Below are positions 50,651 through 64,000 of a DNA stretch of 64,000 bases, piece after piece (position 1 is the stretch's first letter; each line of letters opens with the position of its first letter). Below the pieces are notes generated by a model, which saw only the letters and a list, made by a program, of their open reading frames with translations, did not search any database and was not told where the DNA came from. The position numbers and the translations under genes were made by a program. Source of the DNA: Mobula hypostoma (lineage: Eukaryota). Location of the stretch: NCBI RefSeq assembly GCF_963921235.1, contig NC_086107.1, positions 112,780,001 through 112,844,000 on the forward strand, read 5' to 3'.

Positions 50651-51426
50651 CTGATACAAACAGAGCAAGTGGTTATTTTCTCAAACTCCAGAGGGTGTAC
50701 CGAGCACACGAAGCACGACCATCATTTCTGTGGTCCATTCCAAGACCAAGCAAGTCAATAGTTCGGTGCCTCTGCTACTTAATGCAGAGTCTGCATTGTT
50801 CTATCAGTGTGCTTGTACCAGATGCACTGCAGCCACTTGCCGGCACTGTACAGTCCCATTACCAATCCTTCATTTTGCCCAGGTGCTTTCTTGCCTCCTT
50901 CCCTCATACCTGCTAGCTGGCTCTTTCTCAGGTAAACCAAAGACATGTTTAACTGATAACTTGGCTTTGTAATCAAGTTTCTGCATGACATAAAGATAAT
51001 ACTGAAAAGTTTAAGGGGAACACAAGGGGAAACTTCTTCACTCAGAGGGTTGAGAGAGTCTGGAATGAGCTGCCAGCAGGAGTGGTGCATACAAGATCAA
51101 TTTCAACATTTAAGAGTAGGTTTGATAGGTACGTGGATGGTAGGGGTATGGAGGAGGGCTATGGTCCCAGTGCAGATCGATGGGAGTAGGCAGCTAAATT
51201 GGTTCGGTACGGACTAGATGGACCAAAGGGCCTGTTTCTGCACTGTACTTTTCTAGGACTATGACTCCAAGTGGAGTATGCAGAAGGACATCGAAAGATG
51301 TGGCACGGTATTGGTTAGCACAACACTTTACGATACAGGCAACCTGGGTTCAATTCCCACCGTTGCCTGTCTCCCCACGACTGCGTCCGGGTTTCCTCCG
51401 GGTGCTCTAGTTTCCTACCACAGTCC

Positions 51427-53100
51427 AAAAATAGGTGCAGGAGTAGGCTATTTGGCCCTTCGAGCCTGCACCGCCATTCAGTATGATCATGGCTGATCAT
51501 CCAACTCAGAACCCTGTACCTGCCTTTTCTCCATACCCCCTGATTCCTTTAGCCACAAGGGCCTTATCTAACTCCCTCTTAAATATAGCCAATGAACTGG
51601 CCTCAACTGTTTCCTGTGGCAGAGAATTCCACAGCTTCACCACTCTCTGTGTGAAGAAGTTTTTCCTCATCTCGGTCCTAAACGGCTTCCCTTCTATCCT
51701 TAAACTGTGACCCCTTGTTCTGGACTTCCCCAACATCGGGAACAATCTTCCTGCATCTAGCCTGTCCAATCCTTTTAGGATTTTATACATTTCAATAACA
51801 GCCCCCCTCAATCTTCTAAATTCCAGAGAGTATAAAAGTCCTATGGAAGTCATATGAAAGTCCTGCCATCCCAGGAATCAATCTGGTGAACCTTCTTTGT
51901 TCTCCCTCTATGGCAAGGATGTCTTTCCTCAGATTAGGGTACCAAAATTGCACACAATACTCCAGGTGTGGTCTCACCAAGGCCTTGTACAACTGCAGTA
52001 GTACCTCCCTGTTCCTGCACTCGAACCCTCTTGCTATGAATGCCAGCATACCATTCGCCTTTTTCAGTGCCTGCTGTAACTGCATGCCCACTTTCAATGA
52101 CTGGTGTATAATGACACCCAGATCACATTGCACCTCCCCTTTTCCTAATCAGCCACCATTCAGATAATAATCTGTTTTCCTATTTTTGCCACCAAAGTGG
52201 ATAACTTCACATTTATCCACATTAAATTGCATCTGTCATGAATTTGCCCACACACTTAACCTATCCAAGTCACCCTGCATCCTCTTAGCATCCTCCTCAC
52301 AGCTAACACTGCCACCCAGCTTCGTGTCATCCGCAAACTTGGAGATGCTGCATTTAATTCCCTCTTCCAAGTCATTAATATATATTGTAAACAACTGGGG
52401 TCCCAGCACTGAGCCGTGTGGTACCCCACCAGTCACTGCCTGCCATTCTGAAAAGGTCCCATTTATTCCCACTCTTTGCTTCCTGTCTGACAACCAGTTC
52501 TCTATCCACATCAATACCATACCCCTAATACTGTGTGTTTTAAGTTTGCACACTAATCTCCTGTGTGGGACCTTGTCAAAAGCCTTTTGAAAATCCAAAT
52601 ATACCACATCCACTGGTTCTCCTCTATCCACTCTACTAGTTACATCCTCAAAAAATTCTATGAGATTCGCCAGACATGATTTTCCTTTCACAAATCCATG
52701 CTGACTTTGTCCGATGATTTCACCGCTTTCCAAATGTGCTGTTATCACATCTTTCATAATTGACTCCAGCAGTTTCCCCACCACCGATGTCAGGCTTACC
52801 AGTCTATAATTGCCCGGTTTCTCTCTCCCTCCTTTTTTAAAAAGTGGGGTTACATTAGCCACCCTCCAATCCTCAGGAACTAATCCAGAATCTAAAGAGT
52901 TTTGAAAAATTATCACTAATGCATCCACTATTTCTTGGGCTACTTCCTTAAGCACGCTGGGATGCAGACCATCTGGCCCTGGGGATTTATCTGCCTTTAA
53001 TCCCTTCAATTTACCTAACACCACTTCCCTACTAACATGCATTTCCCCTCAGTTCCTCCATCTCACTGGGCCCTCGGTCCCCTACTACTTCCGGAAGATT
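51427..53100 (-). mobile_element. CR1-clade LINE, second copy of the same young family, truncated and frameshifted
   Basis: Visibly near-identical to 18367-20045; ORFs 52236..53042 (FADD), 51816..52133 and 51506..51853. Confidence 0.95.
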
Positions 53101-53114
53101 TTTTAAATATAGGG

Positions 53115-53870
53115 ACGTGTACGGTTATGCACTTTGGTAGAAGGAATAAAGATGTAGACCATTTTCTAAATGGGGAGCAAATTCAGAAATCAGAGGTGCA
53201 GTGTAAAGGGACTTAGGAGTAATCGTGCAGGATTCCTTAGTTTGCAGTTTGACTAGGTGGTGAGGAAGGCAAATGCAATGTTAACGTTCATTTTGAGAGA
53301 AATGGAATACCGAAGCAAGGATGTGAAGCTGAGGCTTTATAAGGGATTGGTCAGATTGCACTCGAAGTACTGAGAGCAGTTTTGGGCCCCTTATCTCAGA
53401 AGGAATGTGCTGGCATTGGAGAGGGTCCACAGGAGGTTCATGAGAATGATCACAGGAATGAAAGGGTTAATGTACGAGTAGCATTTGATGACTCTGGGCC
53501 TGTGTTTAGGAGAATGAGGGGTTGAGAGATCTCACTGAAACCTATTAAATATTGAGGGGCCTAAATAGAGTGGATGTGGCAAGAATGTTTTCTGTAGTGG
53601 GAGGGTCTAGGACCAGACGGCACAGCCTTAGAATACTAGATGTCCAGTTGGAACAGAGACGAGGAGGAATTTCTTAAGGCAGAGGGTGGTGAATCTGTGG
53701 AATTCATTGCCACAGACGACTGTGGAAGCCAAGTCACTGGGTGTATTTAAAGTGGAGGTTGATAGGTTCTTGAATAGTAAGAACATCAAAGGTTACGGGG
53801 AGAAGGCAGGGTTTGAGACTGATAATAAATCAACCATAATGGCCTAACTTTGCTCCTAGCATGTCTTATG
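53115..53870 (+). mobile_element. Degraded CR1 LINE 3' fragment
   Basis: VMHFGRRN...QRVVNLWNSLP remnants and 3' UTR. Confidence 0.85.
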
Positions 53871-54660
53871 GTCCAAATATAGGAAACTTATGCAGTCTAT
53901 ACAAGCAACACAACAGTAAGTTTAAAAAAAAAATGGAAACCCACTCTTTCACATCTCCAAACAGCTGCATTACGGAGAAAATAGTGGAGATCAGGTCAGA
54001 AAATACCCTCAAAGTCCCAAAGTCAGCACACATGAAAGCTGCTGATTTCAGGATGCAAGGCCAAAGGAGTAAACAGCCATTTATGTGAAGAATTTAGTGA
54101 GGTAAAGTAGGGGGAAGAATGATCCTTCTTTGCAAAGGTAAACAGTATTCATTCTAACCACCACTTGCAGAGGACGTTTCCTATGGTGGGAGAGTCTAGG
54201 ACCAGAGAACACAGCCTCAGAATAGAGGAGCATCTTTTTAGGACAGAGGTGAGGAGGAATTTCTTTAGCCAGAGAGTGGTGAATCTGTGGAATTTGTTAC
54301 CACATGTGGCTGTGGAAGCTAAGTCATTGAGTATACAAGGCAGAGTTTGATAGATTCTTGATTGGTCAGGGCATTAAGGGATATGGGGAGAAGGCAGGAG
54401 ACTGGGGCTGAGAGGGAAAATAGATCAGCCATGATGAAATGGTGATAGGCCAAATGGCCTAATCCTGCTCCTATATCTTACGGTCTTATTCAATGAAGAG
54501 AGTTTCACAGAAGTATATTAATTCACAAAGTTAATCTAAAAGAATCGGTTCATCTTCCCTACTCTCACTACACCAATGAGGGGACAGGACAGAAGAGAGT
54601 TTCTACATGCTAGTTATTGATGTAGATGACTTTTGAAAGAGACAAGAGAGCAAAACTCAC

Positions 54661-54798
54661 AATTTCTTCTCGAATGGAATAGTCAGCAGTCTCCAGGTAG
54701 CTTAACATTTCAGCCACAATCTGTGGTGCGTTTGTTCGATCACACATGGCATAAAGAAGGTCTGCAGCTCGCTGGCGCACACTCACATCCCGCTCAGT
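54661..54798 (-). CDS. AP2A1: AP-2 alpha exon (~10), [46 protein letters not shown]
   Basis: aacag / gtgagt; 138 nt, phase 0-0. Confidence 0.96.
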
Positions 54799-54957
54799 CT
54801 GTTCAACATAATGAACAAAAACTTAATCAGCAAGCAACTGCATCGCAATACATGTCTATGGGTGCTTGGTTCTCTGTAATATCATTAAATAGATTATGGC
54901 ACCTAGAAAGTGCAAAGAGAGAAAATATTGTTGCATATATTGAATTTGTCCTCCAAG

Positions 54958-55345
54958 AGGACCACATCCTTGTTGTGGTTTGGAGGCTCGTGTGCCTCAG
55001 CTATGTTGGTTGGAGTCCGGGCTTTGAGCTTTACCCTTTGACCTGTTTGGCATGGATGACCTTATCAAAAGCCAGAGGCCAGACTAGAGAAATCCACTGA
55101 TCCTCCAGGTTCGGGGGTTCAGCTCAGGGCTAACCACCCTGACTGGTAAAACAAGATTGTTATGGAAACAGCAATGAAGAATCCTTCTACGTCTGATTGC
55201 AACGGTATTGCAAAGTCTCTGCATGGGACTTGCATGACTGCCAGTAGTGAAAACCAAAAGGAAGCTACTGACATGATAAACACCACAAGAGATAGAGGGC
55301 CTTCATTGCTGCCTTAAATGCCAGCAGCACGATGGGCAGTAAGTA
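54958..55345 (+). mobile_element. Non-autonomous RTE-clade retroposon (5' end joined to 3' end)
   Basis: Rex3/Expander/BovB-like 5' motif CCTTGTTGTGGTTTGGAGGCTCGTGTGCCTC; 3' TTGCTGCCTTAAATGCC...GGGCAGTAAGT. Other copies at 45632-46575 and 39885-40065. Confidence 0.65.
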
Positions 55346-57194
55346 TATTGAATTTGTACTTGGAGAGAATTTATTCGAACCTCTACACGTGATCATTGGT
55401 ACTAAGGGCATAGAGATCGCACCCGTCCTTTTTCAGGCAGATTGTCAATACCTTGCCTAAAATCACAATGCTTCACTTTTATGAACTTACAGCCACGTGA
55501 GACACCACAGCCAAATGAAAAATTACTTCAACAGGGCAACACTGTAGCCTCGCGGTTCGCACAATGCTTCACAATGCCTGCTGTGAGATCAGGGCTCTAT
55601 GCCTGTCACCATCCGTAAGGAGCTTGTACGTTCTCCCTGTGACCGTGTGGGCTTTCTCCCACATTCCAAAGATGTGCAATTAGGATTAGTGAGTTGTGAG
55701 CATACTAAATTGGCACGGGAAATGTGGCGCCGCTTGCAGACTGTCAAGCGCTATTCCTGCTGATTTGATACAAATGACGCATTTCTGAAACTGTATGTTT
55801 TAATGTACATGTGACAAATAAAGCTAATCTCTTGCATCTTTTACCAGACAGCTCATTCACATGCCCTAAAAATGAATTGAGAATGGAAATTGGAAGGTGA
55901 TGTCAGGGCCAACCACTCCTTTCTTTGTGGCATCAAAGCTAATTCCATCCTCCAACTACACAGGATCAGACAGTCACAACCACGTATGAATCAGAGTTTT
56001 GGGGGGTTATGTCACTATCCAGACACAGAATGACAAACACCTAGGCTTGCATTTCAGTGCTGAGTGTTCACCGTCACAAGTGCCATCGTTCGGATGGGAT
56101 ATTAAACAGAGATCCTGTCTGCTATTCTAACAACTTTCTACAGGAGCACTATCGGGAGTGGCCTGTCTGGCTGCATCACTGTGTGGTGCAAAAGCTGCAA
56201 GGTCCGCATGACCCAGAGGATAGTAGCAACTGCAGAGCAGATCACTGGGGTCCCCCTCCCCACTACTTATGACATTTACCGGGAACGTTGCAAAAAAAAG
56301 GCCCAAAGCATTGTAGAGGATTCCTACCGCCCAATCCCAGTCTCTTTCAACCAGTACTGTCAGGGAGGAGGTACAGGACTATCAGGATTAGGACTGCGAC
56401 TGCCAGCTTCTTCCCTCAGGCTGCGTCACTAGGACAGCGAGCTGTTTACCTGTGCTCAGAATTACATGCATTTTGAATTGTATTTTATTAACTTATTTGA
56501 CGTAATAATTTGTTTTATGTACTAATTTAATTTAACTATTAAATTAGCACAAGTAGTGCAAAAATAAAAAAATTAGTGAGGTGGTGTTCATGGGTTCAAT
56601 GTCCATTCAGAAATTGGACGGCAGAGGGGAAAAAGATGTTCCTGAGTCATCATCGAGAGTATGCCTTCAGGCTTCTGTACCTCCTTCCTGATGGAAATGA
56701 CCAAGGTGATGAGAGTCCCTAATGATAGATGCCTTGAAGATGTCCTGGATACAATGGAGGCTAGCTGGAGCTGACTAATCTTCACAGCTTTCTGCAGCTT
56801 CTTTTGATCCTGTACAGCAGCACCACCCCCCCCACCCCCCAAATACCAGAAAGCGATGCAGCCAGTTTTGTGGTTGCATCGTGCTGTAGAGCAATGTTGC
56901 TTCGTTTGTTTGGCTGCATATATGCACAGTCTGAAGACAATAAATTTGACCTTGAACTTGACAATTTGAAACAAGGGCTGCAAAGTAGTTTTCTGGCATC
57001 CTGCCCATTATGTCTCACACAATAAGCATCACAAAATAGATATTTGGCATTCATCACATTATTATTTGTGGGATCCAGCAAAGTACCAATTTGTTGCCAC
57101 ATTTACTTTGACAGAATAGCAACTGTACTTCATAAAGCATGCCGACAGCAGCAAAGCATCTTGGAACACCTAAAGGGGATTTCAAAAGGTTTTA

Positions 57195-57373
57195 CAGTGG
57201 TGCTAGAAAGTTTACGAACCCTGTAGAATTTTCACTATTTCTGCATAAAAATGACCTAAAATGTGATCAGGTCTTCATGCAAGTCCTCAAAGTAGATAAA
57301 GAGAACCCAATTAAATAAATAACACAGAAACAGAGAAAATTGTGTAGGGTTTACAAACTTTCTAGCACCACTG
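57195..57373. mobile_element. Tc1-type MITE (~180 bp)
   Basis: TA-CAGTGGTGCTAGAAAGTTT...AAACTTTCTAGCACCACTG-TA. Confidence 0.9.
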
Positions 57374-57584
57374 TACTTAAGTACATACCTTAAGCCTATA
57401 AATCCCATTTGATGGTCATTTGGGACAGAATGACCATCCAATGCATCCATTCCTTAATGGTCTGTGCTAATGACCATTTCAGCCTTGGGATAATGACTTC
57501 AATAGGGTCTTGGGCAACAGTAAAAAATCAGTGCCAGTTGTTTTTGAGGTTGAAAAAATGCTAGCCAGCACTGAGAGGGAGGAA

Positions 57585-58505
57585 TCACATTGTCAAGTTC
57601 ACCAATGACAAGACAGCAGTGGGGCTCATCACCAACAACGATAAGACAACCTACAGAGAGGAAATGGAAAAGCTCAAGGCCTGGTGCCAGCCAGAGAGAC
57701 TCTTCCTTAATGTCAATAAGACTAAGGAGATGGTTATTGACTCCAGGAGAACTTGCACCCCTCATACCCTTCTTTACATCTGCGGCACAGCAGTGGAAAC
57801 TGCAAGCAGTTTCAGACTTCCTGGGAGTGCACATCTCCCACAGCCTCTCATGGTCCCAGAACATATCCTACACAGTCAGGAAAGCTCACCAACACTTCTG
57901 CTTCCTGAGAAGACTGAAGAAAGCTGGAATGTGCGTATATATACACTCACGTCATTCTACAGAAACACACGAGGGAGTATCCTACCGAGCTGCATCACTG
58001 CTTGGTATGGAAAGTGCACTGCAGCAGACAGGAAGGCTCCTTAATGGATGGGGAAATCTGCCCAAAGCTTTACCTGCACCAGCCTACCCATCAAGAACAT
58101 ATCTACAGAAAGGTGCCGGAAAAAAGGCCAGAAACATCACGAAGGATCCCACACACCCTGCTCGTGGACTGTTTGTCCCACTCCCACCAGGGAAGAGGCT
58201 ATGTAGCATCCATGCCAGGATGACCAGACTCAAAAACAGTTACTTTCCCCAAGGAGCAAGACCGATCAACATCTCCACCCACTAACTCCACCACTACTTT
58301 ATAATTTCCTGTCAGTCACCTTATGTATAGACATTCCTGTGCCTAGCATCACTTTATAGATACACAACCTAAAAGCTATCTTATGTACTTATATTTATTG
58401 CCTGTTTTTTACTATTGTGTTTCTTCACCTCTTAAGTCTTCCTCGTGCCGCAATGGATCCAGAGTAACATTTCGTTCTCCTTATACTTGAGTACAGGAAA
58501 TGACT
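57585..58505 (+). mobile_element. Rex1/Babar-type LINE 3' fragment (frameshifted)
   Basis: LNVNKTKEMVID, FLGVHIS, SCITAWYG, DPTHPARGLFVPLPPGKRL...RLKNSYFPQ. Confidence 0.85.
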
Positions 58506-58566
58506 AAACAATCTTAAAGCTTAAAAAAAAACACTTCGGTTCCTGCAAAAACAAAATGCAGCTTAC

Positions 58567-58735
58567 CTTCAGTGCGTTGATGACTGTTTCAATGTGGGTT
58601 TTGACAGCCTCGTGGGAGAATTCAGAGCCTGCCAGCAGACACATGCTTTCCAGGGCTAGGTACCGGAGGTTAGTCTCGCGGTGTTGCAGGAATTGGCCAA
58701 GCTGGTTACACGCACGCACCAACAGGTTAGGTTCG
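58567..58735 (-). CDS. AP2A1: AP-2 alpha exon (~9), [32 protein letters not shown]...INALK
   Basis: ggcag / gtaagc; 169 nt, phase 2-0; overlaps ORF 58504..58722. Confidence 0.96.
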
Positions 58736-59179
58736 CTGCCAGGAAATTTTAAAAAGCTATTAAAAGATTACATTCTCAAAACAAGCCACTATTTCCTCCC
58801 TCCAACAGAAGCAGTCAGCAGATTGCATAAAAACAGCAGTGAAAATAAAGAAAGTACCTTGGCCTTTTAGCCGATCACAGGATCCAGAAAATAATTCCAT
58901 ATCTATTTCAGAAAAAAGTTTGTGCAGAAGCTGGAAATTTTGAGCAATAAACACAAAATGCTGGAGGAACTCAGCAAGACAGGCAGCATCTATGAAGGGG
59001 AATAAACAGTCAATGCTTTGGGTCGAGATGTCGCTTTTATTCCCCTCCATAGATGTTGCCTGACTTGCTGAGTTCCTCCAGCTTTTTCAGTATATCAATT
59101 TCTCATACTTTCCCTCAATGCTCCACTTTCACACAGCTAAAATCAAAAGTCTCATTTAATTAAAGTTGCAGTGCACGCA

Positions 59180-59482
59180 TTATTTTATTTTATTTACTTA
59201 TTTATTGAGATGCAGCGCGGAACAGACTCTTCTGGCCTTTCGAGCCACACCACCCAGCAACACCCCTATTTTAACTCCAGGCTAATCACGGGACAATTTA
59301 CAATGACTAATTAACCTACCAACCGGTACGTCTTTGGACTGTGGGAGGAAACTGGTGCACCCGAAAGAAACCCATGTAGTCATGGGGAGAACATATAAAC
59401 TCCTTACAGGCAGTGGAGGGAATTGAACCTGGGCACCTGTACTGTAAAGCATTGTACTCTCCACCACGGTACCGTGCTGCCC
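59180..59482 (-). mobile_element. V-SINE
   Basis: GGGCAGCACGGT head, GGTTCAATTCC B box, V domain, (AAAT)n tail. Confidence 0.85.
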
Positions 59483-59898
59483 TACCATTATCCCACATCA
59501 TGGTCTTCCATTTACAGACCATAAGACTTGGGAGTAATACAAGGCCATTCGGCCCACTGAGTCTGCTCCACCATTCCCTCATGGCTGGCTTATTATCACT
59601 AGCAACTCTATTCTCCTGTCTTCTCCCCATAACCTTTGATGCCATTACTAATCAAGAACCTATCAGACTGGTATATATCCATCTGGGAGATGAGATCCAA
59701 CCTTTCGTTCCATGCTCACCTCCAGGTTACAGTTCTGGATGTCATTCGCTTTCACTCAACTGGCCGCATTCTAGGTGGGCCAATGTATGCGCATTAGTGG
59801 ACAATGAGCATGAAATAAAAAATCAAAACCATCTTGCGCAATCAATGCCCAAGCTACACCAATTCTATCACATCATTTATAAGCAGCATATCACATAC

Positions 59899-60049
59899 CT
59901 GTCATAATGTATAATAAGGCTGATTGCTTCGAAAAGAATTGCATTCTTAGCATTGGAGTGTTGTACCTTCTTGGATTTAGGTGGCTCTTGAGCTTTGTTC
60001 AGAATAGTTTCCATACATTCAATCAGGCGACCTTTCACAGCAGTGTCCT
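59899..60049 (-). CDS. AP2A1: AP-2 alpha exon (~8), [50 protein letters not shown]
   Basis: ttgcag / gtatgt; 151 nt, phase 1-2; translated by hand, absent from the ORF track. Confidence 0.96.
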
Positions 60050-60386
60050 CTGCAAGAGAATGAAATAGAAGTGTAGTAAAACAATCAAATCACACCGACT
60101 GATCAATTTAACAAGTTTTAATGATACAGCAAGGAGCAAACAATCTGACCTAAGTCTGTACTACTTGGTTCACTAGCCACTAAATATCAAACCACTCTTC
60201 TTGATAGAGATGTACGGGTAGTGACAGAGCTGGCAGCCAGAGACCATTTTTCCCCAGAGCAGAAATTACTAGTCCAAGGGGGCATGACTTTTTGTATTAC
60301 ACACCAAATGCTGGAGGAACTCAGTAGGCCAGGCAGCATCTATGGAAAAGAGTAAACAGTCAACATTTTAGGCCAAGACCCTCCAT

Positions 60387-60424
60387 GAGTCCTGATGAAA
60401 GGTTTCGGCCCGAAACATTGACTC
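60387..60424 (+). ncRNA. Minimal hammerhead motif (PLE family 1), partly decayed
   Basis: GAGUC-CUGAUGA-AAGGUUUCGGCCC-GAAA-CAUU|GACUC with a perfect 5-bp stem I. Confidence 0.6.
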
Positions 60425-61870
60425 TGTATTCTTTTCCAGACACTGCCTGGCCTGCTGAGTTCTTCCAGCATTTGTGTATATTACTTTGACTTCCAGCATC
60501 TGCAGATTTTCTCTTGTTTTTTTGGGCATAACTTTAAGGTGTTTTGAGGAAAATGTAGGGGAGACGTCAAAAGGGAGTTTTTTTTAAAAATTACACAGAC
60601 AGTAGGTGCATGGAACATGCTGCCAGGGCTGGCGGCAGGTACATTAGGGACACTTACACAGACACATGGATGAAAGAAAAATGGAGGGCTACGTGGGGAG
60701 GGAAGGGCTAGATCAGTCTTGGAGTCAGTTAAAAGGTCGCACAACAATGTGGGCCAAAGGGCCTGTACTGTGCTGTTTAAACCAATTTCAGGATCTGTAC
60801 ATCAGCAATTAATGTTCATTCCTAATGGCTCTTGAACAGAGTGCGTTCTAAGCCACTTCAACAACCACTTTGGTAAGCCAGATTTCCTCTCTTGAAGAAT
60901 ATTTATGAACCCAATGGGTTTGATCCTTTAATATTTTAACAGCTTTGTGGGTCATCATTACCACCAGTATCTTAAATATATTAATTCCAAATAATTAACC
61001 TACTTTTAATTTCGAGGATTACAGGATGTGATTTGAACCTGTGGTTCTAGATTGTACAGAGTTCAAAGAAAACTTATTATCAAGGTATTTAGATAAAAAT
61101 GCAATAGAATCAATGAAAAACTACACACATAGATGGACAAACGACCACAGTGCAAAAGGCAAATTCTGCAAACACAAAAAAAAAAATCAAATAATAAATA
61201 AATAATATTGAGAATACGAGTTGTCGAGTCCTTGAAAGTCCATAGGTTGTGGAATCAGTTCAGTGTTCAGGTGGGTGATGTTACCCACACTAGTTCCAAG
61301 ACCCTGATGGTGGAGGGTGACTAACTGTTCCTGAGCCTGGTGGTGTGGGGCCTGAGGCTCCCGTACCTCCTGCCTGATGGCAGCAGTGAGAGAGCACGGC
61401 TGAACGGTGGGAGTCCACGATGGTGGATGCTACTTTCCTGTGCAGCGTTCCATGTAGATGTGCTCAATGGTGGGGGAGGACTTTGCCTGAGATAGACTGT
61501 GACGAGATTATAGCCTTCAGATAAATAGTCTGCCGATTTAACCACTGATGTATCCTTATCTATATTTTTTAGAAACTTGCATTTGTGTAACATTTATTTT
61601 TGGTTGACAATTTCAGGATCATACTGTTAATACTGCAATTTGTTTTACTAATACTTCTTTATTCCGTTGGTGGTATGTCCATTAAATATCGCATTGCAGC
61701 GACACACAGGAGCGGCAAACCGTCCTGTCGTTGCACGGCCATCTTCTGTTTCACTGTTATATCTGTGTGTGAACCGATTCACTGGCGACGCTGCGGGTAA
61801 TTCAGTGGAGACAGATGTTTCCGATCACAACAGTGCAGGACACAGTCATTAGGTGATGCAAGAGCCTTAC

Positions 61871-61979
61871 CAGGTGGAGGATAGCACTGCAGGAGCCGCA
61901 GCAGTTTGACGGAAAGCCAGGGCGCTGGAACAAAGTAATACGTGTAATCCTGCAGGTCTGTGGAGGCTGAGGACACAAT
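61871..61979 (-). CDS. AP2A1: AP-2 complex subunit alpha, coding exon (~exon 7), [36 protein letters not shown]
   Basis: ttttcag acceptor and gtaagg donor; 109 nt, phase 0-1; translation matches the alpha-adaptin trunk (IVSS as in AP2A1). Confidence 0.96.
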
Positions 61980-64000
61980 CTGAAAATGTCAAGGAACAAG
62001 CACTGTACAAACTATCTCATTAAATGCGAATCAAACCTCTTCTGAAGCAGGCTCAGGAACATAGAGCATCAGAGTCAGGTGTATTATTGAGTTATAGAGA
62101 ACCACAGCACAGAAACAGACCCTTCAGCCCATCTAGTCTGTGGCAGACTGTTATACTGCCTCGTCTCATTGATCAGAACATGGACCATAGACCTCCATGC
62201 CCCTCCAATGCATGTACTTAGTCACGCTTTAATTAAACATTGCAACCGAACCCACATCCACCACTTGTGCTGGCAGCTTGTTCCACACTTGCACCATCCT
62301 GAGTGAGGAAGATCCCCCTCTGGTTCCCCTTAAATGTTTCACCTTTCACCCTTAACATATGGACTAGTTCGAGTCTCATCCAACACGGACTGAAAAAGCC
62401 TGCTTGCATTTACCCTATCTATACCCCTCCATCAAATCTCTCCTCATTCGCCGATGTTCCAGGGAACAAAGTTCGAATCTACTGATGCTTTGCTGCACGC
62501 TTGAGTGCTTAGTGGGGGAGTGCCGATTTTTGCTGGTTGTGGGGGGGGGGGGGAGAGGGGAGGACCGATACTTTGCTGCTGCTTATGTGTGGGAAGAAGG
62601 GGCTGGGAGGAGCTTTGGGGAATCTAACATTTAACTATCATTCATTGTTTGGGGCACACCTCTGTTTTCGTGGATGTTTGCGAAGAAGAATTTCAGGATG
62701 TATATTGCATACACTTCTCTGACATTAAATATACCTACTGAACTATTGAAACCTATTCAACCTTTCCCTACAACTCAGGTCCTCAAGTCCAGGCAATGTC
62801 CCTGTAAATAATCTCTGCACTCCTTCAATCCCACTGCTAACCTTTCTGCAGGTAGGTGACCACAACTGCACATCGCACTCCAACTCCGGCCTAACCGATG
62901 TCTCACACAACGTAACATCACTGACATATGTTGTGAAATCTGCTGTCTTGCAGCAGTACAGTGCAAGGTATAAAAATTACGATAAGCTGCAGCAAGTAGG
63001 CCATATAATCTCTTGAATTAGTATTACACACAGTATCATAGTTAATCTGATCTTTGGCTTCAATACTTTCCTCTCACCCTCATAACCACCAATTCTCCAA
63101 CAGTTCAAAACTTTCTCTCAACCTCAGCTAAAAATAAACTCAAGTGACTCATCACTTATCATTTTCTGATTCCAAAGACTGCCTTGAGTTTCAGAAAACA
63201 GATTCCTCCCCATCTCTGCCTTGTAATCAAATAATTTTTCTGAGACTACTCAGAAGCAGAGATGCTTACTAAGATGCATACCTTCTTCAGCACACATCTA
63301 ATTTTTATATGTATTTGATATTCAAAAAATACTTTATGCTAATTTATATTAAAAAAGGAAAAGTTTTATGCAAATTTTATATTCAAAAGAGTAAAAAATA
63401 TTTATTCCATTCCCCAGTATTCTCTTCACCCAGTGCAATCTCTGTTAACCATACCAGGATCAGCCACATCATGTCTGCTACTGTGTTCCAACCCAACCTC
63501 AGAACAAGGCAGTCTATTGAAGTGGGCAATATCTTACCATTTTGAAAATGTGCAAGACTAATTCAGTTAGTTTGGTGACAATCTGCAAGTTGGTAGTTTT
63601 ACACAGAGGTCAACATACCCCCCACTCAGAGGCTGACATCTCATTTCACCTGGAATGCAAGCCTCAATGTCCGATTGCAGGGACCTCAATATTTCAGGCA
63701 GGATGTAAAGCAAACACCCATAGATGAAGAACAAGCATCTAACCCACTGCACATTTTGGTTTCAATTTATGAAACTGTCCCTAGGGAAGCAGAATTTTTG
63801 ATTGAGAATATTGGAAAAGAAATGTGGGGCATGTGGCTCCAAACGATGGATGTTGAAGGGTCTTGTCCCAAAAGGTCGACTGTTTATTCTTTTCTACAGA
63901 CGCTGCCTAACCTGCATCTTATGTGGCCTGCTGAGTTCCTCCAGAATTTTGTGAGTTGCCCTACTGCTCTACTTCACCATTCCCATTTCCCGCTCTCACC

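Overview
Eukaryotic (vertebrate) genomic DNA, not prokaryotic. The repeat landscape (V-SINE/HE1-like SINEs, CR1, Rex1/Babar, RTE, Penelope-like elements, Tc1/pogo derivatives) suggests a cartilaginous fish, probably a ray; this is inference. The whole window lies inside one minus-strand gene for AP-2 adaptor complex subunit alpha, best read as AP2A1. I traced 18 coding exons by hand (61979 down to the stop at 1356). They splice in frame to 2223 nt (740 aa plus stop) and correspond to about exons 7-24 of the mammalian gene; the 5' exons are outside the window. Most interesting points: (1) two separate Penelope-like element families that each carry a minimal type I hammerhead ribozyme motif, often in fold-back (palindromic) insertions; (2) a U12-type AT-AC minor intron (9102-11927); (3) two frame-preserving hinge cassette exons, one homologous to the neuronal AP2A1 insert; (4) a Rex1 LINE fragment in frame with an AP2A1 exon that could supply an alternative terminal exon; (5) a young CR1 copy with an uninterrupted RT reading frame. 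Repeat boundaries are approximate. Exon boundaries were read directly from splice sites.
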